This document shows, one piece after another, positions 41,147-54,429 of a stretch of 64,000 bases of DNA. The notes under the pieces are model-generated. The model had not been told where the DNA came from and did no database searches. It was given only the letters and a program-made list of their open reading frames with translations. Both the position numbers and the translations under genes were made by a program. The stretch is from Vicugna vicugna. Its lineage: Eukaryota. Location: assembly GCA_013265495.1 (NCBI GenBank), contig MU058636.1:8984239-9048238 (forward strand), in the 5' to 3' direction. Each line of letters starts with the position of its first letter. Within the stretch, counting starts at the first letter, position 1.

Positions 41147-41543
41147 TTATTTTTTATTTTTTAATTGGAGTATAGTCAGTCACATTGTGTCAATTTCTGG
41201 TGTGCAGCATAGTGTCCCAAACATATGTATATATACATAGATTCAATTTCATATACTTTTTCATTAAAGGTTATTACAAAATATTAAATATAGCTCCCTG
41301 TGCTATACAGAGGATATTTTTAAATCTAGTTTTATATATAGTAGTTAATATTTGCAAATCACAAACTCCCAAATTTATCCCTTTCCCCCAGTAACCATAA
41401 GATTGTTTACTACATCTGCGACTCTGTTTAGATGGACCTGGAGATCGTCATTCTAAGTGAAGTAAGCCAGAAAGAGAAAGAAAAGTACCATGTGAGATCA
41501 CTCATATATGGGATATAAAAGAAAAAGAAAAAGAAGACCCTGA
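41147..41543 (-). mobile_element. Camelid-type L1 with 5' inversion (antisense 41147-41429, sense 41430-41543)
   Basis: Poly-T 3' end, then a switch to sense gatggacctggagatcgtcattctaagtgaagtaagccag; 17-bp TSD at 41130-41146 / 41544-41560, 1 mismatch. Confidence 0.88.
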
Positions 41544-44199
41544 TAAGTGGGGGAATTTTTAGTAAAGTCATAAACATCGTGCTCCTAGGGGTATCTTGCA
41601 CTCTTGCATAATGCTGGTAAAACTTGCCATTTGCTTGTTTACCATCCATTTGTGCTAAGTTGTAAGGTCTCCTTACATTTGCTTTGCTTCGTTTAGTTCG
41701 ATTTGGTTTAATTTAATTCAACAAAATAAGCTCAGAGCCTTGCATGCCTGAGTCAATGAACAACACAAAGTCAAGACCGGTGCCCGGAACCCAAGGAGTG
41801 GCTTTGCAACCCAGGTAACTGACAGTCTGCAAACTCAGTTAATCAGCAAGCATTTACTGCGTCCTATGCAGTTTGCACGTGGCAATCTGCATTTTGTCTG
41901 TCTCTAGAAACATGTATCTACTTTTCAAAGTGTCAGCATTGCTTTTCGTCAGCCTGAAGTAGAAAGACACATGCAGGGCTGGAGAGAAAATTACTGTGCT
42001 CTACGTGTTCAGACTTGATGGTGTGCCATTCTGCTGTTTGCATAATAAAATCTGCCCAAGAGCGAATTATGTCAAATATGTACGAATGGTATTTTGCCTG
42101 CAGTATTACCCCCAGAAATCTTAGTCTTCAAAACTTTGAGAAGAAAATCAAAGACAGACATGTAGTGCCAGCCACCAGGTGATGTAAAATGAAGGTTTTC
42201 CCATTTTGTGTGAAAGGCAACAGACCTGAAGTTAAGTAACTTGCCCACAGTCATGAAGTAAATGAATGGAAACACCAAGGTTAACACAAGCTGGGTAACA
42301 AAAGGCAACTTTCTCCCTGTTGGAGAAGCTCATGTTATTGCCACACAGGATCTTCCTACTTTTCCTTTCTGTTTGAATGTTTACATTAGTCACACTGAAG
42401 CTGACTGACAGGGCAAACAGATTTTGAGTTGAATACACTTACAAAGAATCAAAGGTTATTTACTAGGAATGTTCTGACATCATCAAACTTAGTTTAAAAT
42501 TCAAAACTTGGGAAGGAAAGGAAGGAGGGAGAATCAGAGGAAGCCAGGATGATGTGGGGTGCATTTTATGATTCAGCAGAGGGGTTAAATCTGAAAAGAT
42601 TCTGTTACCGGCTCTCTGTATCACTCCTTTGGGTTTCCAGGCTCTATTCCATTTTAATCCCTGTGTTGAAACTTTAGTCTTTAGCCTTCTGTTTGCCTTC
42701 TTCGTTTCATTCCTCTAGAGCAGGGGTTTTAACTCTAAGATCCACGAACTCCTGGACCCCATGGATGAACCTGGGGAGTGGGAAGTCCCTATCCATGAGC
42801 TCCCCACAGAGAAACTTTTGAGTGAATGAGCAGATATGCATTTTTATAGGCAAGTAAATAACCTTGATAAAATTGCCATAAGGGTGAATGCTGTGCAAAA
42901 ATGAGACAATTACTGCCATAAAGAAGAAATACCAAGGGCCACACAAGTCCAAATCAGAAATCAAAAAACCGTCTTGTTTAGAAATACAAGGAGAGCTTTA
43001 GCTTAAAATGTTGCTGATGAGAAACGTAAGACTGTAAATTGTGCTACTGCTATGCTAGCCTAGGAGGGTAAAATAGAACTACAGTAACAGTAACCTCTTC
43101 TCCCCAGAAAGGGTCACCATCCCAAACCTGCAGGAGCCCTGGACTCTGGCCCTTGCTTGTTACGATTCAGAGTGAGTCCTCTCTCCCCAGTAGTGATGGA
43201 TGGTCTGACGCCCGCCGACTGCTGGTGTCTCTCCCTTCCCTTCTGTCTCCAGCTTTTTGGTTTTATTGAAGTAAAAACTTTACTTCCAATCGTTTCTGGA
43301 ATCTTTTTCTCTCAAAAACTATTTATTTATGTATCTCTCTGTCTCCTGGCTGTGCGTCTAGCGGTACGTGATGTGACTCGCTTACTGATACAGTTGAGTT
43401 TCTGTTACCCATCTCACTTTCCATCCTGAATAGCAATAGTTAATACTCAATGATGGGTATAATACCTTAAGAAATGCCCAATTTTAGAAAAGATACTCAT
43501 CTATGATCCATCTAAAACCTAGGATTTTCAGACTGTTACATCCTTGTGCTAAAAACTGTTGACTCTAGTCTAACAACTGTCTTCCCAGGCTGATCATTGA
43601 AAGAGATTTTAGAGCTAAGCAATCAGAAGTAAATCCTGTTCCCAACGTTTGATGCTAATTCAACTTTATGTGGTAACCAAGATACAGAAAATCGAAAAAC
43701 AAAGGCCTCGGTCCTCATCTTTTTTACCTCAAACACTTAACTCACAAATATACTGAAGACTGAAACAAATTTTAGCAAGGATTACAAGAGTAAATATAAA
43801 AATAAAGGCAAAAAATACATAAGGGTTGAGTTAGAACATATTCTGATGGAAGATTATCTCCAATAATTCTAGAAGGTTTTCCATCTCTACCTAGCACAGA
43901 ACACGTATTTCCCATCAGCTGGATTAGGTAATAAATGCATTTTCATTCAATGGTACTATTTAATGAGAGTTAATTTTTATCCTCAATTAGTAAGACTTTC
44001 AGATGTAATTAATAGAAAGTCGACTCAAAATAGCCTAAGGAGGAAATGGGAGAGAGGGATTTATTTCCTTACATAATACATAAATACTCCTATTTCTCCT
44101 TCTGTTTTGAGTGTTGCCTCCTCTGGAAAGTTTCCTGAACCCCTACAAATCCGAAGTAGGTGAGACATCAGATGTTTTATAGACCTCATCTGGAGGTGA

Positions 44200-44645
44200 A
44201 TTTCATTTGAGAATTTTTTAAAAATTCTATATTCCTAGAAAAAGACTAATTGTTTTATAGCCATGGTAATAAGTAACTACCAGAACTTTAAAACTTGTTT
44301 AATCTATGACAACCCGCCTCAGGGAACATACTTTCATAAGCCAGTCAATTAGTAACAGCTCCCCACCAACCGGAAATCAACTCAGACTCAGTCTTCCATA
44401 CTCTCCTCTGAGAACCAATCAATCCACGGCAGTCTGATCTAAATACATTTCCACGGAGGACATCAAGTCATTCACACGCCTGAGATTCTGCCAAACTCTG
44501 AACACGTCTTTTCCTAAACCAGGTCAAGAGTCTTGCTCCCAGAGACTGTGCCCGACCAATGTGGTTCCCCTTGCTGCAGAATCAGTGCACTCAGCTCTGT
44601 GCTTTTCTGTTTCTTCTGCTGAGCGGTAGCCTCATAGTTTTGATA
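44200..44645 (+). mobile_element. Probable ERV LTR relic (family uncertain)
   Basis: LTR-like end ggttccccttgctgcagaatcagtgcactcagctctgtg...tttgata and ccaatc elements. Confidence 0.35.
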
Positions 44646-45235
44646 GCCTCTGTGGCAATGGTCTGTTTTCTTATCTGGACACTATCTTTTGAGCAAAGGG
44701 TGGATCTGTGCTTGTGATACGTGTACTCCCTTGTCTGGCAAGAAAATATACCCGCGGCATTTGTTGAATAAACATGTGGATGCGTGCAGGGATGGGTGGG
44801 TGGGTGGATGCATGGGAGGTAGAAAGACAGAATTATATTGTCACCTGGGAGGTTCTGGGATGGGGACCTCTGGGTAAAAAAAAAAAAAATCTGATGTCAC
44901 AGAGGGCAGCAGGAGCAAAGGGAGTGAAAAGGTCCTTCACAAAGAGATTGTGATTATATGTGGGACACTGACAGAGACTCTCAAGAGAGCTGGGGGTAAA
45001 TTTTACTTAAATTTAACAACCGCTTCTGGTTTTCCAGGACAGGAGAATGGGTCCATGAGCGAGAGGAAGTGATTCAGAGACAACAGTGTTTCAGTGAACA
45101 TATGATCTAACGCTGACCCATCATCAGGTGAAAGCGAAAGAAACTCGGGTTGCTGAGTCAAGTCGTCACCAAGCCACTTAGAGGGCTGAAAGTTTGGAAC
45201 CCATACCATAGCATCTGATTTTATCCAAATCACAT

Positions 45236-45665
45236 TGTCTTGGGTTGGGTACCCTGGGAGCAGAGCCTGAGACAGACACTTCTTATTCAAGTGATTTGTT
45301 GAGGAAGAACTCTCATGAGATCGGGAGTGACGGAAACAGGGCAGCGCAGGGTTGGAAATCTAAGCAAGAATGTAGTCTCAACTACAAACTAGCTTCAGTG
45401 CGATGCCTCGGGAGAGCTCTAAAGAGTGAATTACTCCACAGAGTCGGTCCCAACTGGAGGCAAGTGGGTGCTGTCACTGACCTTGGCCTGGTAGTGACTG
45501 GGTAGAGGGGAGTCTTAACTTGTCCAACGAGGTGGTTCCTATTTGGCTGAGGGCAACTCTCAGAGTCGGGAGAAGGCATGAGTGTTATCAGCCCACGCTC
45601 AAAGCAGCTGGGAGGGAGGTGCACCCTGGTGCCCTGTGCGGGGCACCAACAGCATCCCATGTACA
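45236..45665 (-). mobile_element. LTR33-like ERVL solo LTR
   Basis: tgtcttgggttgggtaccctgggagcagagcctgagacag...ggctgagggcaactctc...ggggcaccaacagcatc...aca. Confidence 0.6.
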
Positions 45666-45674
45666 AGGGTAAAG

Positions 45675-45898
45675 CAGGGCTCCCCAAGGATGGTATTCTT
45701 GTCACTTGGGCCAGAAAATTATTTGTTGTCCAAGGGAAATCTTGTGCACTGTAGGATGCTTGGCAATATCCCTGGCCTCTGCCCACTAGATATGAAAAAG
45801 CACCACACACATTCCCCAAGTTGTGAAAGCCAAAAATGTCTCCCAACACTGCCAGATGTCCCCTGGGGGCAAAACTCACCCTGGGTTGAGAATGTCTG
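45675..45898 (-). mobile_element. MER20 (hAT-Charlie MITE)
   Basis: gtgcactgtaggatg..atccctggcctctgcccactagat..ccaaaaatgtctcc..tgccagatgtcccctgggggcaaaa..ggttgagaa. Confidence 0.85.
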
Positions 45899-47054
45899 AG
45901 CTCTCGTAAGAAGCAAAGGTGAGGTTTAATTAAGTAACTTTATCATTTTGGGTAGAACAGTGTGTGACACAGAGAGTCACTCATTAGGTGTTTTTTGGAT
46001 GATTATTCTAAATTGTGAGGTAAAGAAAAAAGGTACAAAGAGAAAGAACTCAGAATTGACTCTCCAGTAAAAATTATCTCAACACTTTTGCTCTTTCCAT
46101 GTACAGAAGGATGCACCTATTAATTGTTTTGGATGCGTAGTTAAATGCTTCTAACTCAGTGTGAAACACTGCGGCCGGGCTAGGGAGAGACAAGTACAGA
46201 ACTCAGAACCTTTGCCCCGTGTGACTAGCATCCTCCACGGAATGCATGACTGCTGGTGATGCCTGCCCCCAGCAAAGTGGAATAGTCTGTCTGATACACC
46301 TCTCCTGGATTGCCTGATTTTAATTGCTACTTTAGGAGATATATAAATCAGAGTCATAAAATGGTTGAATTTTTCCTAATATTATTCAAATTTGAATATG
46401 TCATTTCAAAAATATTGGAAAAGGAATAAATTGTATTTTATTGGAAGAGTCCTGTGGATTCTGATATCCAACAACTGGTCTCCTCCAGTCATATCACCAG
46501 CATTGGAAACATGCAACATACTCCAAAAAAGAAACCATGTTTAGAATCTACTTTCATTTGGAGGCATTCATTCATTCTTTTAATAGCTTGGTCTTCCCCT
46601 ACCTAATATTATCCAGAACACTTGTGAAATACGTTGATAATTATAGCTGTAATACACTGGCATTTTCAGTCACAAAAACTCCCAGATGACATCATTGTGA
46701 TATTATCTCAAAGTAAGGAATCTTTTACAAGCTTTTTATATTTCTATGATACATATGTTTTTATCTTATACATGAATGTATTTCTATTATTCCTTTAATA
46801 GCTCTCCTACAGTCAGGAGCCAGCACAGCAGAATCAGTGACTAAGGTATTATTTCTGAGCGCACAGTAGCTTGTCTGTAAAATCATAGAATTATGAGCAT
46901 TGTGAATTGCATTCTCTGGGGAACAGAAGCAGTAAGTAGTTACAGTCGGATATTTCATCATGGCCTCAGGTGAAAAAAGATCATCTGTAATATCATATCT
47001 TCATCAGGATGCTTATAAAAGAACATGTTTCTAGATAAAACACAGAACCCAAAG

Positions 47055-47056
<2 letters not shown>

Positions 47057-47088
<32 letters not shown>
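47057..47088. repeat. (AC)16 microsatellite
   Basis: Direct reading. Confidence 0.95.
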
Positions 47089-47090
<2 letters not shown>

Positions 47091-47692
47091 ATTTCTGAGT
47101 TAAGACTCATCTAGCTTAACTGCGTATTCTTTTAAAAACCACCCACCCTGCACTGGAAAGCTGTCCTCAACTACACAGACAGATATCAACATGCAGGAAT
47201 CCTGAGGCATTAGGAAGAGTGAGTATGCATGTGCCAAAAACTATTCGTTTGCCTACATAATTAAAAGAAAAAGACAACTTCTAGAATTTAAGTGCCAAAA
47301 TTATGCATTTAAAAATATTGTAATTATATTATTTCAAAGTCTAAAATAATAGTGCAAAGAGCTGGAAGAAAAATGCTCACTGGAGCTTGAGGCATTACAG
47401 CAGCTCTCCATGACCAGAGCTCATTATGAAAATCTTTGAGCATCACAGTTTTATACCAGGACTCAAGGAAAGAAACATAACAGCCTTGCATGTAAAATGA
47501 CAACCCTCTTCCCTTTGATGACAGCATGGTAGAGGTGGGTGTGTACACACACACATGTATGTAACTGCATGCTCTTTTGGAAAAAACTGGGGCAAAATTC
47601 TCTTGCTTAGGTCATGCTGAGTTCCAGTTCTTTGGGTCCATTAAGTCTACCCACTCAGATCGACTTTGAATTAGTTCCTAGGATAAGTTCTT

Positions 47693-48096
47693 TTTTTTTT
47701 TAACATTTTTTATTGTTTTATAATCATTTTACAATGTTGTGTCAAATTCCAGTGTTCAGCACAATTTTTCAGTCATTCATGGACATATACACACTCATTG
47801 TCACATTTTTTTCTCTGTGATTTATCATAACATTTTGTGTATATTTCCCTGTGCTATACAGTGTAATCTTGTTTATCTATTCTACAATTTTGAAATCCCA
47901 GTCTATCCCTTCCCACCCTCTACCCCCCTGGTAACCACAAGTCTGTATTCTCTGTCCATGAGTCTATTTCTGTCCTGTATTTATGCTTTGTTTTTGTTTG
48001 TTTGTTTGTTTTTGTTTTTTAGATTCCACCTATGAGCGATCTCATATGGTATTTTTCTTCATTCTAAGTGAAGTAAGCCAGAAAGAGAAAGAAAAA
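47693..48096 (-). mobile_element. Young camelid-type L1 with a short 5' inversion (sense piece 48060-48096)
   Basis: Poly-T 3' end; perfect 14-bp TSD taggataagttctt (47679-47692 / 48097-48110). Confidence 0.9.
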
Positions 48097-51000
48097 TAGG
48101 ATAAGTTCTTGAAATTGCAGTAACTATTTCAAAAAAATATCATCTCCTCATTGGCAACTAACTAACACACCAGCAATAAACTAACTCCTTTCCAAAAAGG
48201 GTGGTAACAGTATATACATTCTCCATAACTTAACATTCCTTTTTTTTTTTCTTTTCCTTTTTAATTTCTGTTGCTGTTGCCTTGCCTCTCTGAGAATGTC
48301 AGAGGTAAAAATGGAGCTGGGAAGCTTTCCAGTTAATTTCCTTCCGCTGTTTTAAATTATGTTCCGCAGGATAATGTAGCTTATTTTACTTTGAAATATC
48401 CTTGAACCACAAATAATGGAGGCACTGTGTTGGCAGACAAAGTTATCTGGAATTGAAGAATCCAGTCACCGGATCTACATTACTTGGGTTCAAAGCCCAG
48501 CTTAGTCGCTTATCAGTTATGCAATCCCAAGCAGACTGTTGTGCTTAGGTCTTGGTGCCACCTTTTAAAAGAGACACTGATAAACAGAGCACACAAAGTG
48601 GCAAAGGGTCTGAGAAACGTACCGAAAAAAAAAAAAACCCAAAAAAAACCAGTTGAGCGAAGCAGCGATATTTAGTCAGGAGAAAAGATAACACGGTGGG
48701 GATGTGATTGCTGACCTCAAATACCTGGAGACCTGTCATGTGGAAGAAGGAGTAGATAGAATCCATTTCACGCCAGAGGAGGGAAGAGATGGACATCACA
48801 AGGAGGCAGCGTCCAGCTGTATGGACGGATGGACTTTCTAATAATTACAGCTTTCAGGGATAAACCAGACTGTCACCTGAGTAGCAAGCTTTCTGTCATT
48901 GGATGATTTCCAGCTGCAGCCAAATGACCATCTTTATCCCAGATGGGGAGAGTTAAATGCTGAAGCCTGCACAGGAAGGCACGGGGTGGGGAACGGAGTT
49001 TGGGGTACTTGCCAAAAGACCGCAGGGCTGAGCCTGGAGAGAGCAACTTGGGAATACTGCTTGGGAGCCAAGGAGGGTGCTGGCAGGAGCAAGGCTGCCA
49101 TCTTTCTAGGTCAGCGCTAGAGAATGGCTGCAAAACGGGGTCTAGAGCTTATCTCATAAATGGAAAAGGAGAGAAAAGGAAATATTTTCTGGAAATGTTT
49201 GTGACCTGCTAATGAAATCATTCTCAAGAACTGAATCATCTTAAATACTAATTTCTGAAAACAAATCAGTAATTGTTTCTCTGTTACAACTTTATAATTC
49301 TGTTTTGAAGTTATTCAAGTAAGCGGGGTTTTTTTTTTCCCCTCTTGAAGTGTGTGCATTTATCTTCTCATATTAAAATTAAATGGATTTCTTTTTATTT
49401 CTTTAAATTCGCCTCTTAGTTTACTCTGTTTTACAGAACTTAATTCATGGGAGAAGTTAGACAGGAGAAAGCACCCCATTACAGAGCGGCTTTTGTGAAA
49501 TCTCACATTGTATATTCCTTCAATGGAGGCCTATTAATAAAAGTCAAAAATAGGATTTTTTGAAAGAAACCTACAGAAGTCATCTCACAAAATTTTTTAA
49601 AAAATATTTAAACCTCAGTAAGAGAAGAGCTTTTTCCCTTATTTGTTCTTTAGTTTAGTTCTTTTGGGTTCATCTGAGTGGTGGTCTTGTTTAAACTGTG
49701 TTTAAATTCTACTTCATCCTGAGTTTTGCTTGGAAACTTGCGGGTGGAAAATCCACAGCTATTCATGCCCCAGGATCATTGGCTTAAAAAAAGATTTTAA
49801 CATGATGCAGCCAAATTTTGGGGAAAACTAACTATTTTAAAGGGTGTCCAGTCAAGGCTTTTATGCTGGACCTCAAGCCACACTGGGTTCTTACTGCTGA
49901 CTCAGCTCAGGGCCCTGCCAGCCACAGGGACCTGGCCTCTCTCCTCTTCCTCCCCCACTGATGACTTCCTCAACAAGAAGGATTTTCACAATTGCATGGA
50001 TTGAGTAGGTTTCCAAGTGTGTATGTCCAGTTGCCCCCATTAGAAAGTCTGTCGGAAGGAAAAGCTATTGTGAACCGCTTCCCATCTGCAGTGCTCAGTA
50101 ACCCTTTTGATGAGTAAAAGCAGTAGGAAGGTCTTGCCTAAGATGCTTAAAAGGTTAAAAGTGGCATGTTTCAGAATGTAAAAGAGAGAATAAATTAGCA
50201 GTAGTCAGATGACCTGAATTGCAATTCATTTTTTTTTCATTTTATTGAATTTATTTAACTCTAATTTTGTCATTAATTGCATGAACTTGGGGGAAAAAAA
50301 AAAACCAGTGAACTCTGCTGTGTCTCAGGTTTCTCAACCATCAAATGGTAATATTGACACTTAATCTGCTACGATGAGCAGTGTTGTGTTTGGCTTCCTG
50401 GAAAGTGCAACTTTCTTCTAAGTGAGAAATTCCTGCAGTGTGACTCTTAGCAGTTAGGAGAGCCACTCAACACCAGGCGGCCAGAAAGGCCAGAATCACA
50501 TGTGCCCCGTGCCCTTGGCAGACAGGGGGTGGGCCCATGACTTAAGCTGGGATAATCCAGTCCCGCTGGGATGTTTGAATTTACAGTGACAGAGAGAGAA
50601 TTCACTTGGTCAGAGGCTGTGGTGACATCTTGAGTCCCAGAGCAGCAGCAGCAATGTTTCCGGAGCGGCTGCCTCACACCCAGTGTTGGCTGTAGTGGGG
50701 GTGTCACCTGCAGGGTCCATTGTCCAGAGGTGGCTGCAGTGCCTCCCCTACGAGACCACTGCAAAACACAGCCTTGCTTCTGGTAGTCCAGGTTTTTTGG
50801 TTCATGTACACTTTTCTGAGCCTTATGCTTTCACCTTCTGAGAAATTATAACAACAATCAAATACCTTTTCATTTCCTTTTTGCTTCATTCAGCCAGTCA
50901 ATTTCTCTTGCCTTCTACTAAGAAAATCAAATAATTCACCTAGTTACCTCCCAGAGCTGTTGTGAAATCTGGCGGGGTTGTTTCAAGTGAGATTGTTTTG

Positions 51001-51765
51001 GAAAGAATAAAATGTGATCTCATTTCATGGAAGGAATAGTCATTAATGTCTTTACGGAGGTGAAGGGTGAGCAAGATTCAGGCTGCATGCTCGAGATGCT
51101 TTCAAATTAGTGATGGGCGCAGGAACACAATGACAATATCACAACAGATAGTTAAGAGTGGTCTCACATGAGAAACACAAGCAAAGGCACATGAGGCAGA
51201 GAGAAGAGGGTGGCAAAAGAGAGTCAAAGATGCGTAGCTTGTGCCAAGTTAAGTAGCTGAATGAAGATTCCATGGGAAAGGGAACATTTGACATCACACA
51301 GGCCATACTGTGTGACACAGGTCTTACGGCCCCAAACATCAAAACCCAAAGGGTTACCAAAGGGGAATTTGTCCACGAAGACTGAATCCCTTGGTTTACA
51401 GTTGAGGTGACCATAGTTGCAGAACAAACGGAGTTGCTGCAAGTCACATGATGGATGTCAGAGCCAAGGCTGCACCCCAGCTCTGGGTCAGTCAGTCCAG
51501 GTTGTTTATCCCTTCAGCACTGCTCTGAAATCAGTTCAGTTTGGTATTTATAGGAAGCCATGGTTTTTAAAGCTATCAAGGAATAAAATTCCATTGAGAA
51601 CTATTAGAGAATAGTTAACATAAAGCTTCACTCATCTGTAAGTACTTTGAAGGCACTTATGAGGCAATCTCCTCCACTGGGGTATTTTAAGCCAGTAAGG
51701 AACATAAGAAAAGTGAAACAAACCCTGAAACTGTAACATTGAAAATGTAACCAGGTATATCTTTA

Positions 51766-52488
51766 AAAAAAATTTTTCTTTTGAAGTATAGTTTATTTAC
51801 AATGTTTCAAGCGTGCAGCAAAGATTTAGTTATACATAAATATACATATTCTTTTTCAGATTCTTTTCCACTATAGGCTTTACAGTATATTGCATTTAGT
51901 TCCCTGTACTATACAGTAGATCCTTGTTATTTATCTATTTTATATAGTAGTGTGTATCTGTTAATTGCAAATTCCTAATTTACCCCTTGCCCCACTTTTC
52001 CCTTTTGGTAGCCATAGGTGTGTTTTCTACGCCTGTGAGTCTGTTTCTGTTTTGTAAATAAGTTCGTTTAAATCTTTTTTTAGATCCCACATTTAAGTGG
52101 TATCACATATTGGTCTGATTCTCTGTCTGATTTACTTCACTTAGTGTGATAATCTTGAAGTCCATCCATGTTGCTGCAAATGGCATTCTTTCATTCTTTT
52201 CATGGCTGAGTAATGTTCCACTGGATATATATACCACATCTTCTTTACCTATTCATCTGCTAATGGACATTTAGGTTGCTTCCATGTCTTGGCTGTTGTA
52301 AGTAGTGATGCTGTGAACATCGGGGTGCATGTATCTTTTCAAATTAGTTTTCATATTTTCCAAATATACACTTGGGAGTGGGATTGCTGGGTCATATGGT
52401 AATTCTAGTTTTATTTTTTAAGGAACTTCCATGCTGTTTTCCATAGTGGCTACTCCAATCTTCATTCCCACCAACAGTGTAGGAAGGT
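51766..52488 (-). mobile_element. Artiodactyl-type L1 3' fragment (~720 bp)
   Basis: tgaagtatagtttatttacaatg..ccctgtactatacagtag..ccatccatgttgctgcaaatggcatt..cccaccaacagtgtagga; perfect 24-bp TSD. Confidence 0.9.
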
Positions 52489-54429
52489 AAAATGTAACCA
52501 GGTATATCTTTAGCTACAGTCTGACTTTAGAGTCCCAGACCTGCTGTTCAATTTCTACCTGAATATCTTGTCTGCATCTTAAATTCATCATGTTGCTTCT
52601 TTTATTTTTGGAGACAAGTTCCCTGGTGCTTAACATTAGGTCAGACATCATTTGAGTTTTAACAGTCAATAAATTTAGCTTTAGGTTGATTTGAAGAGAC
52701 ATTTTGGTGTGTTTTTCATAAACAAATTTAAGAATTTATTGTAAAGAATATTTTCCCCAGAATATATACAGCAAGTTTAAAACGCTTAAGAAAGCAAGAA
52801 CTGAAGAATTAAGCTCAGATTTTAAAAAGTTACAAGTTTGTCAGCTTATTTTTTGTCTTATCATATTGAGGATGTTGGCCATAAAATATTTCCTTGCTAA
52901 CTTAAGTATAAAAATCTCTTAACATGGAGCTTTATATCCTAATGAGAGACCATCACCATCCATAATATTTGCTTTCAGATGAGAATTTCATATTTTACTA
53001 TTTTTCAATGATCATCAGTACAAAATACATTTAAGCAAATGACAGTATGTGTTACCTTCTATGTAACTGGAAAAAAAAAAACAAGTAACTAAGACATTTA
53101 CCAAATAATGATAATAATTCCAAAGAATTATTCCATCACTTCAATCAGGGCAGGCTAAATTAAAAAGTCAAAAAAGATCGTAATTTATTGATTCCCTTAG
53201 GCTACTTGAACACACACACGTGGACCTCTATTCTTCTTACGATGAAACAAAATATTGAACTCTGCCCTTCAGGCGTACTGCCATACCTCAAATGCTGATC
53301 TTATCATTGCTTGCAAGTCAAACAGCACTGGACTTTAAAAGGAAGAAAGGAAACCCCTGGAGCCAGTGGGAAGCATCAGGGGTCAGGCTGATCGTCTGGC
53401 TCTGGTCAGAACATACCCAGAGTCACAATGCCTATGTCAGCTAAGGACCACTTTACTTCCAGTTGACATTTTTCAATCAAAACACATAATCAGAATTTGA
53501 AATACAATATATAAAGGACCATATTCTGAACTTGATGTCTTACTTCACTTGGCATCTTCCCACTTGTGTTATTTGTGAACGGGACATAATCGATTTTTTC
53601 CTTGTCACTACAATTTGAATTCTGTATGCAATAATAAATAAGCTTACTAAGTTATAAAATAATAATGTCAAAGCAGATTGGAAATTGATGAAAAGCTGGA
53701 TAGGGATTTTTTATATGTTTAAAAAATTGGTCACATCCCTTGTAAGTTCCTGAATGTTCATTTTTGTACTAAATTGTGAAATTTATGCATCAATTGTAAG
53801 TGGGAGTTCAAAGTTCCCTAAAAGTACAAAATATACAGAGTAAACTGAAATAACATTCAATTAACTAAATGTGATTTGTTTGGATAAGTGGCTCATTGAA
53901 ATTACTCTGTCTCCCTCTTGACTCCCAGGGACAGACACTGGAATAAAATATAATTTAACTTAATTTTTTCATAGCTTCCTGGAGCCGACTCTGACATTTC
54001 TCAGCAATACTTCTGTACAGAGTTTGTACTGTGGCCTGAAGAATAGCTCTCAATGCATCAGGCAGGGGTCAAAACCCTGCACTGGAGGAGTGCAGGATAA
54101 AGACACAAAAGGGTTAAAGGAATAAATGCTTCTTACTGAAGTGTATCCTCATATGCATCTTATACCTTCAGTTTGGACTGAAATGTAAAAAGGCCTAACA
54201 GTGTCTTACATTCATTTTCCCCCCAAATCAAAAATACCTTTAAGCAGAAAAAGGCAGGATGGCCGTGATTTCAATCTTATATTCCAATGAATTATCTGAT
54301 TTGTATTATTAGAAAGGAAAGAACATGTCCCACAGTAAAACATTTTGCTCGGGGTAAGCAAGACTGTTCAAGGAACTAATTTGGAAAATGGTTAGATTTT
54401 CATCGTGAGGGGTTGTTTTGGGGGCATGG

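Noticed and set aside
45382..45899. 165-aa and 105-aa ORFs
   Set aside because: They lie within the LTR33-like and MER20 relics; no protein family similarity.
1..54400. Remaining 60-120 aa ORFs as genes; CRISPR or other prokaryotic systems
   Set aside because: Random-length ORFs, often with non-ATG starts, in repeat-rich mammalian intergenic DNA; no repeat-spacer array or operon structure.
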